From: Candidatus Bathyarchaeota archaeon
Lineage (GTDB): Archaea > Thermoproteota > Bathyarchaeia > Bathyarchaeales > Bathycorpusculaceae
Reading direction: 5' to 3'
Length of the DNA stretch: 64,000 nucleotides
NCBI GenBank assembly: GCA_963739305.1
Contig: CAVTZU010000009.1
Location: 1 to 64,000, forward strand
A program made the position numbers and the translations under genes. Positions within the stretch are counted from its first letter, which is position 1, and every line of letters begins with the position of its first letter. The notes below the pieces were generated by a model, which did not search any database, was not told the DNA's origin, and saw only the letters and a program-made list of their open reading frames with translations. This document shows positions 53,441-61,932 of this stretch, piece by piece.

Positions 53441-53576
53441 GATGATTTCACCAGGTCAAATATATAACCAATTCAGAACGCATTGAACATATATAAGGCT
53501 TGTTCCAATTTTGAGAGGCAAACGTTAAATAATTGATTGATTTATTGGATGAATGTTTAGCGGTGGCGAGGTGATT

Positions 53577-54020
53577 ATGAACTTGGATGATACAAATGTC
53601 AAAATACTGAAAGCGTTGTCCGAAGATGCGAGGCTTTCGTCCAGACAAGTTGCCAAACAATGTGACATCTCGATTGGCACAGCATTGGCAAGAACCAAGA
53701 AGATGGAAGAAGAAGGCATAATCAAAGGATACACAGTTCTGCTTGATCAAGAAAAACTGGGCTACGAACTGACCGTTGTGACTGAAATAACGGTCTCGAA
53801 GGGCAGACTTCTGGAAATGGAAAATGAGATAGCGCGAATGCCTAACGTGTGCTGCGTTTACGACTTAACCGGCATGTCAGATGCGGCAATTATTGCGAAG
53901 TTCAAGACTCGTGACGAACTGAGCAGGTTTACGAAGCATCTGCTCTCTCTGCCATACGTGGAAAGGACGAATACGCATGTCGTGTTGACGACGATCAAGG
54001 AGGATTTTCGAATACTCTAG
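53577..54020 (+). CDS. Lrp/AsnC family transcriptional regulator, divergent from glnA
   Basis: LDDTNVKIL..DAR.S..EEEGIIKGY..KLGY, TG.SD, TNTHVVL. Confidence 0.92.
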   Translation: MNLDDTNVKILKALSEDARLSSRQVAKQCDISIGTALARTKKMEEEGIIKGYTVLLDQEKLGYELTVVTEITVSKGRLLEMENEIARMPNVCCVYDLTGMSDAAIIAKFKTRDELSRFTKHLLSLPYVERTNTHVVLTTIKEDFRIL

Positions 54021-54121
54021 GAGCTTCGATAAACACTTACTTTTTTCTCCAATTGTATCAAAATTAATGGGCAAGACTTAATTTAGTCAAAAAGCTACGA
54101 GATAGAGCGACCAGCAAGAAA

Positions 54122-54209
54122 GCGGGGGTTGCCAAGCATGGTCAAAGGCGTAGGCCTGAGGCGCCTATCCTGTAGAGGTTCGTGGGTTCAAATCCCACCC
54201 CCCGCACCA
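54122..54209 (+). tRNA. tRNA-Leu(GAG), CCA encoded
   Basis: Acceptor GCGGGGG/CCCCCGC, anticodon arm TAGGC-CTGAGGC-GCCTA, long variable arm, T-arm GTGGG-TTCAAAT-CCCAC. Confidence 0.93.
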
Positions 54210-54260
54210 TCATTGAAGCGCGCGCGACCATATATTGAGCTTATTTAATCAATTGATTAA

Positions 54261-54554
54261 TTATTTGGGGCTTTGTGGGTAAGATTTGCTTTCAGCTTCT
54301 ATGCCCAGAAAATGCTTTGCCACAACGAGATGCATAGATGGAACTATAGCATGTATAGCGGCAAAGATTGCCAGCAGAAACCAAGATAATGATGTCAAGC
54401 CAAGAGTAGTGTTCAAAGCATCACCAATGATTCCTATAACAGCGAATAGAAAGCTAAGTAACGAACTAACGCCACTAGCCATCGCACATCTTCTAATCTC
54501 AGCTATTACGTGCTCACGGTTCTTGTAAGGTTGGTCTTGTAACATGTTTGCCAT
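54261..54554 (-). CDS. Small two-TM membrane protein
   Basis: Hydrophobic ORF with GGGGTGA SD. Confidence 0.6.
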   Translation of the reverse strand: MANMLQDQPYKNREHVIAEIRRCAMASGVSSLLSFLFAVIGIIGDALNTTLGLTSLSWFLLAIFAAIHAIVPSMHLVVAKHFLGIEAESKSYPQSPK

Positions 54555-54751
54555 ACTGCACATCACCCCCTCTTTTCTTTAATGTCGAGTGAAGTAATGT
54601 CTTTTCGGTTTAGCTATAACTTTTCCGCAAAACCAAAAACTGGCTTTCTCCAAGAAATATGCCTAAAGCGTAGTCCACTAGCTTAGTCTTTAATATTGTC
54701 CTAAGTGATTTTGTCCTTAGGTGTCGAGCACAGGAAACAGGGAGATACACT

Positions 54752-55096
54752 ATGGAGAACGTTGGAAGGCTTGAACAGTTTTGGCACGATTTCGTGAAAG
54801 TTTTCCCCGAGACGGTGGAACTCGAAGGAGCGATTGTCGCTCATTGGCTCCAAATCCCTGTGACTATCTTCAACCATGTCACAAACATCAACGTCACTGG
54901 AGACAGGGCTGAGGTTCTCGTGAAAACGGTCATCAGTCATTTTGCGTCGAAGGGACTACCCTTTGCTTGTTTTCGAGTTTCTCCGTTGACTCTCCCTTCG
55001 TTCATTTCACTCCTTGAGCGTCTCGGCTTTGAGAAGGAGTCAGAGCAATCAAACTCTGTGGAGACTCCTATCTTCGTGTACCTCTACCACCAATGA
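54752..55096 (+). pseudogene. Truncated N-terminal half of a GNAT-like protein
   Basis: FNHV..HF...G.PF..VSP....LLERLGF followed by an abrupt unrelated tail. Confidence 0.5.
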
Positions 55097-55153
55097 GGAA
55101 CCTTTAAACTACTCTAGAAAAAAATGGGATTGTGCGGGAGACATCTCTATTTA

Positions 55154-55180
55154 TCCTGGGTTCAAATCCCAGCGACCGTA
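55154..55180 (+). other. Orphan tRNA 3'-half fragment (tRNA-Gly-like), att remnant
   Basis: CTGGG-TTCAAAT-CCCAG-CGACCG T-arm plus acceptor 3' strand, with no 5' half. Confidence 0.6.
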
Positions 55181-55295
55181 ACGCTGACGTAGGCGCCGTC
55201 GGCGTTTACATTCTCTTTCTGAACAGTTTTCAGTTTTTTGGTTTTGCGGAAAAGTTATAGCCGAACCAAGTAAATAATCAAATTGTGACGCAACG

Positions 55296-55661
55296 GTGAC
55301 TACGCCCGAAAAACCTAGAATCACGTGCAATATCTTGCTTGTTGTCGCGTTTGTAATTGTTTGCTTCATGGTTAATCTAATGTTGTTCTCTCTTGGATAT
55401 TTTAGAGATGCAACTTCGCTTTTTCTCATCGTGTTTGGGTTCGTTGCGGCTATGGTTCTTCTTGTTGTTGCCTATAAGAATCCAATGCGTCCGACTTCAT
55501 TCAGAAGCATGATGAGAAGATATGAACTTGCCTTCATAATCTGCGGAGCATGCTTTGCTCCAGCCATAGCGTTCTTTGGGGGCGGTCTAATTCTCCTTGC
55601 AATATTACCCTACTTAAATATTCCATCTCGTCCTCCAAAAATATTTTTCCGCAGGCGCTAA
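55296..55661 (+). CDS. Small four-TM membrane protein
   Basis: Hydrophobic 121-aa ORF. Confidence 0.6.
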   Translation: MTTPEKPRITCNILLVVAFVIVCFMVNLMLFSLGYFRDATSLFLIVFGFVAAMVLLVVAYKNPMRPTSFRSMMRRYELAFIICGACFAPAIAFFGGGLILLAILPYLNIPSRPPKIFFRRR

Positions 55662-56043
55662 TCTTGTTTGGGTTTAGATGAAGAACTCGAACCTATTCAT
55701 GAATTGGGCGACACCGTTCGCAATCTGTATGAAAGCCTCAATCCCATAGCCCATCTGCGAGAATACGAGACTAATCTGCAAGCCTTGACAGAAAGCCTTA
55801 TTGATCAATGCCAAATCTACTTGCTCAAACTCTTGGAATTCCGAACCAAATACTTCAGAAGTTAGCCGGCGCGCGCGCAATGGTAGCCCGGGAGTTACCG
55901 TTCCCAGATTGTAATTTATACCAAAATCCCTTTTTTATTTCGCTCACGTGTCTGCCTCTTCCGAGCGCGCGCTACTTCTTGCTATATCGTTGGGTTACCG
56001 GCTGAAGGTAATGTTTCTTCTTTGATTTTTTCAACGCAGAGCT

Positions 56044-57339
56044 CTATGTTCCGGCGGGGTTGAGCATTTCTCCCATGAACAGGATTGAGCCTGAGCGGTC
56101 GTCCCTGATTTCATAGTAGAACGGTCTATTGACCACAAAACTGGGCGGGGTTCCTGGTCCAATTGCTGTTATGCCTACGCCTACGCTAGTAACTGCAGCT
56201 GCTTCGGTCCCTTCTTCATTTACTTCAACAACAGCTTTGTGGTCCACGTACGAAACGTACAGATTTCCTGAGGCTGTTGATGCGATGCCCGTGAAGTTGG
56301 CTTGGTCAGGGTCAAATGCTATTCCCATGCCCAAGTTATTTAGAACGCCGTTGAGACGTTTCGTACCGTACTCCACTTGAAATTTCGGCATCTTGACTAT
56401 AAGGTCTTCTAGGGGCTGAAGTCTGCTGACGTATCCGTCGTGAACAGTCTGGTTCAGGCCGGTGACAAACGAGTCGAGAGAAACACCTTCCTTCGGCAAG
56501 AAAATGTACATTGCGACTTTGTCTCTTCCGTAGGGCAGTCTTGCTATTTCACAGTTCTCGCCTGAGTAGTAACTGAAGTTGCTCGAAGTGGTCATCATGT
56601 CAACCTTTACGTGGCTTCCGTCACCCAAGAAGAAGTCCTGCTGCTGCGTCTTGACCTTGTCGAATTCTGTTGTCCATGTCCCCTTGAAGTATATCGCGTT
56701 GATCAGAAGCATCACCAGCTCAGGGCTCAGGTTGTTCATTATCTGTTTTATCTTGCCCGCGGTTTGCTTGTTTACCCAATCGTTGATTTCGTTAACAGTC
56801 TGGAGACTACTAAAATCGCGCGTAAACATCTCGCTGTCATACGAGGTTCCCACACTATGCAGGAAACTTGGTTTGACAAAGGGCTCAAACTCCTGCTTCA
56901 TCCAAACCGAGTTACTGATCAGCAGCTTCACTGCTTGGTCAACGTTCTCCAGGCTCTGTATCAAAGCCGAGTATTCTTGGTTTATCTCTTCCAAAGTCAT
57001 GTTTCCAAAATTGAGAGTCTTCGCCATCGCGTCTCTGGTCGTACCTTCTGCGCCGTTGTAGAGCATTGCCAAAGCTATCGAGACGCTAAGAGGAGAAATG
57101 AAAACGTTTGTGTTCGTATCCTCAGTGAGAAGCATCTTGAACAGGTCAAAGGCAAACTTTGTGTTTGCTGAGACTAACTTCGGGTCGACAGAATAGGCTT
57201 TTTCGTCAGATGTGGCATACGCTGAATTCGAGACGCTTCTCAGATAATAGACCAGCGTTACGTAACTGACCAGAATAATAGATACTAACGCTAATGATAT
57301 TACGATCAGCTTTCGATTTCCAACGGCACGCTTCCGCAC
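56044..57339 (-). CDS. Serpin with N-terminal membrane anchor
   Basis: NVFISPLS, INDWV..T.GKI, NAIYFKG.W, PKF, hinge EEGTEAAAVT, F.VNRPF. Confidence 0.94.
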   Translation of the reverse strand: MRKRAVGNRKLIVISLALVSIILVSYVTLVYYLRSVSNSAYATSDEKAYSVDPKLVSANTKFAFDLFKMLLTEDTNTNVFISPLSVSIALAMLYNGAEGTTRDAMAKTLNFGNMTLEEINQEYSALIQSLENVDQAVKLLISNSVWMKQEFEPFVKPSFLHSVGTSYDSEMFTRDFSSLQTVNEINDWVNKQTAGKIKQIMNNLSPELVMLLINAIYFKGTWTTEFDKVKTQQQDFFLGDGSHVKVDMMTTSSNFSYYSGENCEIARLPYGRDKVAMYIFLPKEGVSLDSFVTGLNQTVHDGYVSRLQPLEDLIVKMPKFQVEYGTKRLNGVLNNLGMGIAFDPDQANFTGIASTASGNLYVSYVDHKAVVEVNEEGTEAAAVTSVGVGITAIGPGTPPSFVVNRPFYYEIRDDRSGSILFMGEMLNPAGT

Positions 57340-57464
57340 AGACTATCCCCGAATAGGACACTTGAGGTTCGCTGTATTTAGTTCTAAGCGTCAGAACATA
57401 CAGTTCCAAGAGTTAGAACAGGGTCTTACCACGCGCGCGCGAAGTGGGAAACTAACGCGCTCTC

Positions 57465-58124
57465 TTATTTTGAGCTCGGTCTGGGCAGGAGGTATGTCTC
57501 TGCAGGCACTGACCCGTATATCTTCTTGATAAGTCGCAACCCCGACTTCTGATTCAGGGTTGGCTTCCAATAACTTGCTAACAGCTCTCGCGCTTTCACG
57601 TTTCCGCTGCCAATCGCCCAGGCGTCACACTCGGTCTGAGACCCCAACACGTCTATGTCAGCAATCTTCTGGACTCCGCCATCAAACCCTCCGAGGAGAA
57701 CGAAGAGAGCAAGCGGTCGCTTGACCGTGCTCACCGCGTGCTCGTGGAGGATGTCCCGAATCCTGCGAGCGGCATCCCTGAATGTCTGGGTGTCCTGACT
57801 CGTAAGCATATCATGAACATGGAACATGTCTCCTATATTGCCAGTGGCCACGAACGCCAACGATTGGGCCACATGCCAGATCGAAGGAATTCCTCTCCCC
57901 AATTCTGTCTTGACAGAACCTTTCCCTTTGGCCAAAATCAGTCCATCCAACGTCTTCATCGCGACAGCGAGGTTTCCGCCTGATGGGCACTTCCGAGCCC
58001 ACTCCACCTGGAGTAGTCTCCCTTCTGGCGTGAACATACCGGGCTTGGCAAAATCCATCGAGTCTTCGGGAAGCGGCGGGTTCTTGCTCGGTGTTCCGAT
58101 GCGCGATTTTGTCCTACCCATCAA
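57465..58124 (-). CDS. Divergent proteasome alpha-subunit-like (Ntn-fold) protein
   Basis: MFTPEGRLLQVEWA, G..AVAMKT.DG.ILA, G..GD, RPL....LLGG.D, D..GS, AIGSG. Confidence 0.75.
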   Translation of the reverse strand: MMGRTKSRIGTPSKNPPLPEDSMDFAKPGMFTPEGRLLQVEWARKCPSGGNLAVAMKTLDGLILAKGKGSVKTELGRGIPSIWHVAQSLAFVATGNIGDMFHVHDMLTSQDTQTFRDAARRIRDILHEHAVSTVKRPLALFVLLGGFDGGVQKIADIDVLGSQTECDAWAIGSGNVKARELLASYWKPTLNQKSGLRLIKKIYGSVPAETYLLPRPSSK

Positions 58125-58189
58125 ATTTACCAGTTGAATGAATGCGTAGCCGCGCTATTTCAGCTTTTTCTGGCGCGCGCTTTTGCCTG

Positions 58190-58633
58190 CTATTTTTCGC
58201 AGAACCGTTTTGGAACTCTGAAATTCGTTGCAATGTCAGATGGACGGCCATACGGCTTGATGTCCAGAACCGGAGTCCTATCAAGAGCGTCAAGACCTCT
58301 TACCCAAAGAACATTTTCTTCACGTTTAACAAGCTCTACCAAAGTCAAACCGATAGGATTCGGACGAATTGGGCCCCTGCATGCAAGAACCCCTACAGAT
58401 GGTGTTTCTGCTCTACCTTCACTATGAACTGACCTTCTTTGAGCATTCGATATCTTGTGCATCCAATATATAATGAAAACGTGGGAAAACTCTTCAACGC
58501 CGTCCAGAGCTTTGACAAGATTTTTCTTGAGCATTATCTTTGAAACAAGGCTTTTGTCTCTGACATTCTCATCAGATGATGTACGTCTAACAAAACCTAT
58601 AGGCTTGATTTCAATCTTCTTTAAAGCCGACAA
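58190..58633 (-). CDS. tsaA: TrmO/TsaA family tRNA m6t6A methyltransferase (slightly degenerate)
   Basis: IKPIGFV, LDGVEEFSH, RPNPIGL, GLDALD.TPVLDIKPY; probable TTG start at 58633. Confidence 0.82.
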   Translation of the reverse strand: MSALKKIEIKPIGFVRRTSSDENVRDKSLVSKIMLKKNLVKALDGVEEFSHVFIIYWMHKISNAQRRSVHSEGRAETPSVGVLACRGPIRPNPIGLTLVELVKREENVLWVRGLDALDRTPVLDIKPYGRPSDIATNFRVPKRFCEK

Positions 58634-58703
58634 CGCTACCACGACAACAATAAGGTATCCTGAAGTAAGATAACTGTTTTTTTCGCGCATCTGTCGCGCG
58701 CGC

Positions 58704-58837
58704 CTGCCTATTCCTTGTCCCTGATGCTTTTTTGCGACATCGAGTTCTTCTATCGCAAAATTGTCTTTTTTCTGTGCGAAATATACAAATCCAATGGGCT
58801 TCTGACTCATTTCTGCAACGAAAACATTTTGTCCTGA
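58704..58837 (-). pseudogene. Internal fragment of a GNAT acetyltransferase
   Basis: NVFVAE..KPIGF..IEELDVAKKHQGQGIGR (motif A), bounded by CG runs on both sides. Confidence 0.75.
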
Positions 58838-59061
58838 GCGCGCGCGAAAGCTGTTGTCTTAGTTGCATCAGAAACTTTGCGGTTTCACTTGTCGATGGAA
58901 CAAAACCCTTCAGTTCTTCTCCGTGTATAGAGTTGCGCGCGCTACTTCTTCAAAGTCTCTTTGAACAGTTCAATGGGACAGTAGTTCTTGTAGTGCGCGC
59001 GCTGAAATCTTATAGGACTTTCGTACATTAACAGGAGTTTGCGGTCAGGAGGTGATAAGTC

Positions 59062-59397
59062 GTGATTGAGAAGGTATGTCATATTACCTTTCCTGTTTCG
59101 GATCTGAAAAAGGCCGTGTTTTTCTATGAAAATATCCTTGAGCTTAAAAAGACTGGCGAATGGTCCAATTATGCAACCTTTGATGTTGGAGGAGTGCAGT
59201 TTGGTCTTGAACCATCAAAGAGGTTTGAGATTTTTCTGCTTGTGGACGATGTTGACAGGGCCTATCGGGATCTCAAGGCGAAAGGGGTTGAATTCACGAC
59301 GGAGCCAAAAGATCAGCATTGGGGTGCTCGAGCAGCAACATTCATGGACCCTGACGGAAACAAGTTCACCATAGAAACTTTCAAGAAAGACAAATAG
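59062..59397 (+). CDS. VOC/glyoxalase family protein
   Basis: HITFPVSDLKKA..FY..L, VDDVD..Y..LK..GV, WG.R..F.DPDGN. Confidence 0.9.
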   Translation: MIEKVCHITFPVSDLKKAVFFYENILELKKTGEWSNYATFDVGGVQFGLEPSKRFEIFLLVDDVDRAYRDLKAKGVEFTTEPKDQHWGARAATFMDPDGNKFTIETFKKDK

Positions 59398-59652
59398 CAT
59401 CCACCTGAAAACTGGAAAGGAAAGTAGCAAGAGACTCCCATGCTCCGCACCTTTTTTAGGCCAAGAGCTTGAACGTCGTCCTCACTCGGATTTCATGATA
59501 GCCCGGGAAAGTTTCGAACTTTCGCCAAACATAATCTGAGCATATTTTTACTGGTAAAGTCGGGTGGGGGGTCCCACCCACGCACTTCAAAACAGACCCA
59601 CAATTGTTTTGAAGCGCGCCTTGTCAGTTCGTGTAATGAACTTCTTTGTTTC

Positions 59653-60828
59653 TTATCTTGTCATCATTCTTCTGAAAACGGGCACTGCGATTGCGATCAT
59701 GATTGCTCCGAACACTATCATCACTGCAAGCTCAGTTGTTATGTCAGGTATTCCTGCGCCTAAAACCATGACTTTTCTCAGGGCTTGCGATGCATAGGTC
59801 AGAGGAAGCACTTTTGAGATGTCTTGCATGTACCACGGCATCTGTTGTACCGGGAAGAACACTCCGCTGAGAAACATCATTGGAAACATAAGCGTCATCA
59901 TCATCATCTGCGCCGTCTCCTGGTCTTTGGCAAAGGACGTTATTACGATGCCCAAGCCGACGAAGCTAAACACGCCTAAGAGCAACAACGCGAAGACGAG
60001 CACTATGCTTCCTTGAATTGCAACGTGGAACAAGACAGTTGCCAGCACCAAGATGACGACTCCTTGCAGCAAGCCTCTTGCAGTCTGACCCAGAGTTTTC
60101 CCAAGTATAATCGAAAGCCTGTTGATCGGCGCAACCATCATTCCGTCCAAAGTTCCAACTTCCTTCTCCTGCGATATTGCCACAGGAAGCCCTGTCATGA
60201 CGCTCATCATCACAGTCATCGCCATTATCCCCGGAGCGATAAAGTCAAAGTAACTGGGGGTCCCGGATACAACTCCCACAGTCTGAACACTGTAAGGCTT
60301 CACGGCCGCTAGGCCTGTTTGATTTAGCCTCTGAAGAGCTAAAGCTGTTCCCATTTGATCAAATACAGCTGACAAAGCTGCCTGAATGGTTGCCGACACC
60401 TGCGGGTTAGACTGGTCAATTACGATGATCAGGGTACCTTGTTGACCGGCCACGATACTTGCAGTGAAATTGCTAGGGATGATTATGCCGCCTTCAATAT
60501 CGCCTTTCTGAACCAGGCTCCTGATGTCGTCAGCACTCGTTGCATTGGAAAGAACGAAAGTGTCTGTCATGTTGTTGATATGTTGAAATGCCATCGTGAA
60601 ATTCTGTCCAAAGAAAATAGAATTGCCATAACCAGCATCTTCGTTTGCGAGTGCAACAGGCAAGTTCGTCGGTAAGCTGTTGCCAGATGGATAAATGAAG
60701 CCGACCATGACCATCATGAACAAAGGCATCAGAACAAGCAGGACTAACCCGAGCCGATTCCGATACAGCTCCGTCAAATCTTTCCAAGCAATCCTGAAAG
60801 TGTGCGAAACTAGAGTCTTTGCACCCAT
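59653..60828 (-). CDS. ABC-2 type permease
   Basis: EKEVGTL...AP, FLSGVFFP..MP, PLTY. Confidence 0.9.
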   Translation of the reverse strand: MGAKTLVSHTFRIAWKDLTELYRNRLGLVLLVLMPLFMMVMVGFIYPSGNSLPTNLPVALANEDAGYGNSIFFGQNFTMAFQHINNMTDTFVLSNATSADDIRSLVQKGDIEGGIIIPSNFTASIVAGQQGTLIIVIDQSNPQVSATIQAALSAVFDQMGTALALQRLNQTGLAAVKPYSVQTVGVVSGTPSYFDFIAPGIMAMTVMMSVMTGLPVAISQEKEVGTLDGMMVAPINRLSIILGKTLGQTARGLLQGVVILVLATVLFHVAIQGSIVLVFALLLLGVFSFVGLGIVITSFAKDQETAQMMMMTLMFPMMFLSGVFFPVQQMPWYMQDISKVLPLTYASQALRKVMVLGAGIPDITTELAVMIVFGAIMIAIAVPVFRRMMTR

Positions 60829-60834
60829 AATGGG

Positions 60835-61860
60835 TCACCTTCCCCTCCCTTGCTGAGGCGCTCCAAAGTGACGACGACCCATCGCCATCGGTATCTTTTG
60901 GTCTGCGCTATCTCTTACCTCGTGACCAGTTATGTGCAAGAACACATCCTCAAGAGTAGGCTGAGGATTTTCCATAGAATTTATCTTTCCGCCTTTCTCC
61001 CTCACAGCGTCAATTACTGAGTCGAACGCCTCATCGCCGTGGGCAATGATTCTCAAATGGGTAGAATTCTCTTGAGAAACTGCATCCGTGCACTTGCACG
61101 CCCGGATTGCCTCAATAATACCGGGTGATAAGTTTCCAATCTCTAGGTTCAGTATTGTCGTGTCCTTTCCAGAAATGAGCCTCTTTAAATTCGTAGACGT
61201 GTCAAGCGCAACAATTTTGGCATGGTCCATAATGCCTATGCGATCACACAGCAAATCGGCATCGACCATCATATGCGTCGTTATAAGAATTGTGGTCTTA
61301 TTTTCTCTATTGAGTTTCTTTATGAACTCTCTAATCTCAACAGACGATTGAGGATCCAAACCCAGAGTTGGCTCATCCAAGAATAGCACCTGAGGCATGT
61401 TGAGCAGAGCCCGTATCACGTTCATCCTCTGTCGCATGCCAGTGGAAAACGTTCCCACCTGAGCATTCTTCCATTTGGTAAGTTGAACCAGCTCCAGCAG
61501 GTCATCAATTCTCTTCATCAAGACGCTTTTAGGAATGTTGAAGAGATTTCCGAAGAAGATCAAGTTCTCTTTAGCCGTCAGTCGATTGTACATAATCATC
61601 TTTTCGGAAACGATTCCTATCAGTTTCCTCACTTCATTATCGTTCTTCACTATGTCGTAACCGCCAATCGTGGCAGTTCCCTTTGTTGGCCTGGCTAATG
61701 TGGAGAGCACTCTTAACGTCGTACTCTTACCAGCTCCGTTGGGACCGAGCAGACCGAAAATCTCGCCTTTCTTCACGTCGAAGGAGATGCTGTCGACCGC
61801 CACGAAATCGCCGAAAGCCTTCGTCAAGTTTTTAATCTCAATTATTGGATCATTTTCCAA
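60835..61860 (-). CDS. ABC transporter ATP-binding protein (DrrA-like)
   Basis: GPNGAGKST, FSTGMRQR, FLDEPT, TTH, PTLEDVFL..TG; probable TTG start at 61860. Confidence 0.92.
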   Translation of the reverse strand: MENDPIIEIKNLTKAFGDFVAVDSISFDVKKGEIFGLLGPNGAGKSTTLRVLSTLARPTKGTATIGGYDIVKNDNEVRKLIGIVSEKMIMYNRLTAKENLIFFGNLFNIPKSVLMKRIDDLLELVQLTKWKNAQVGTFSTGMRQRMNVIRALLNMPQVLFLDEPTLGLDPQSSVEIREFIKKLNRENKTTILITTHMMVDADLLCDRIGIMDHAKIVALDTSTNLKRLISGKDTTILNLEIGNLSPGIIEAIRACKCTDAVSQENSTHLRIIAHGDEAFDSVIDAVREKGGKINSMENPQPTLEDVFLHITGHEVRDSADQKIPMAMGRRHFGAPQQGRGR

Positions 61861-61932
61861 GAGACCATCACCGAGAGATATTGTTCGGTGCAATATATCG
61901 TAGTAAAATATAAATATTCCGATTATATTCAG

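Larger units (their letters stand above)
54218..59002. repeat. Nine dispersed alternating CG runs of 8-10 nt
   Basis: Starts at 54218, 55869, 55965, 57432, 58173, 58695, 58838, 58935, 58995. Confidence 0.9.
54213..59619. mobile_element. tRNA-Leu-associated accessory island with CG-run junctions (no integrase inside)
   Basis: TTGAAGCGCGC direct repeat at 54213 and 59609; degenerate tRNA-Leu 3' copy at 59572-59585; mosaic of short genes and fragments. Confidence 0.55.

Noticed and set aside
58190-58810. GNAT-TrmO fusion protein suggested by the ORF track
   Set aside because: The N-terminal part is a truncated GNAT fragment read through a CG junction and spacer; TrmO has its own TTG start at 58633
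54210-59620. Classical integron (intI/attC) explanation for the island
   Set aside because: Isolated GTTAG/CTAAC words exist, but I found no paired R''/R' boxes with a folding attC stem, and there is no IntI in the window
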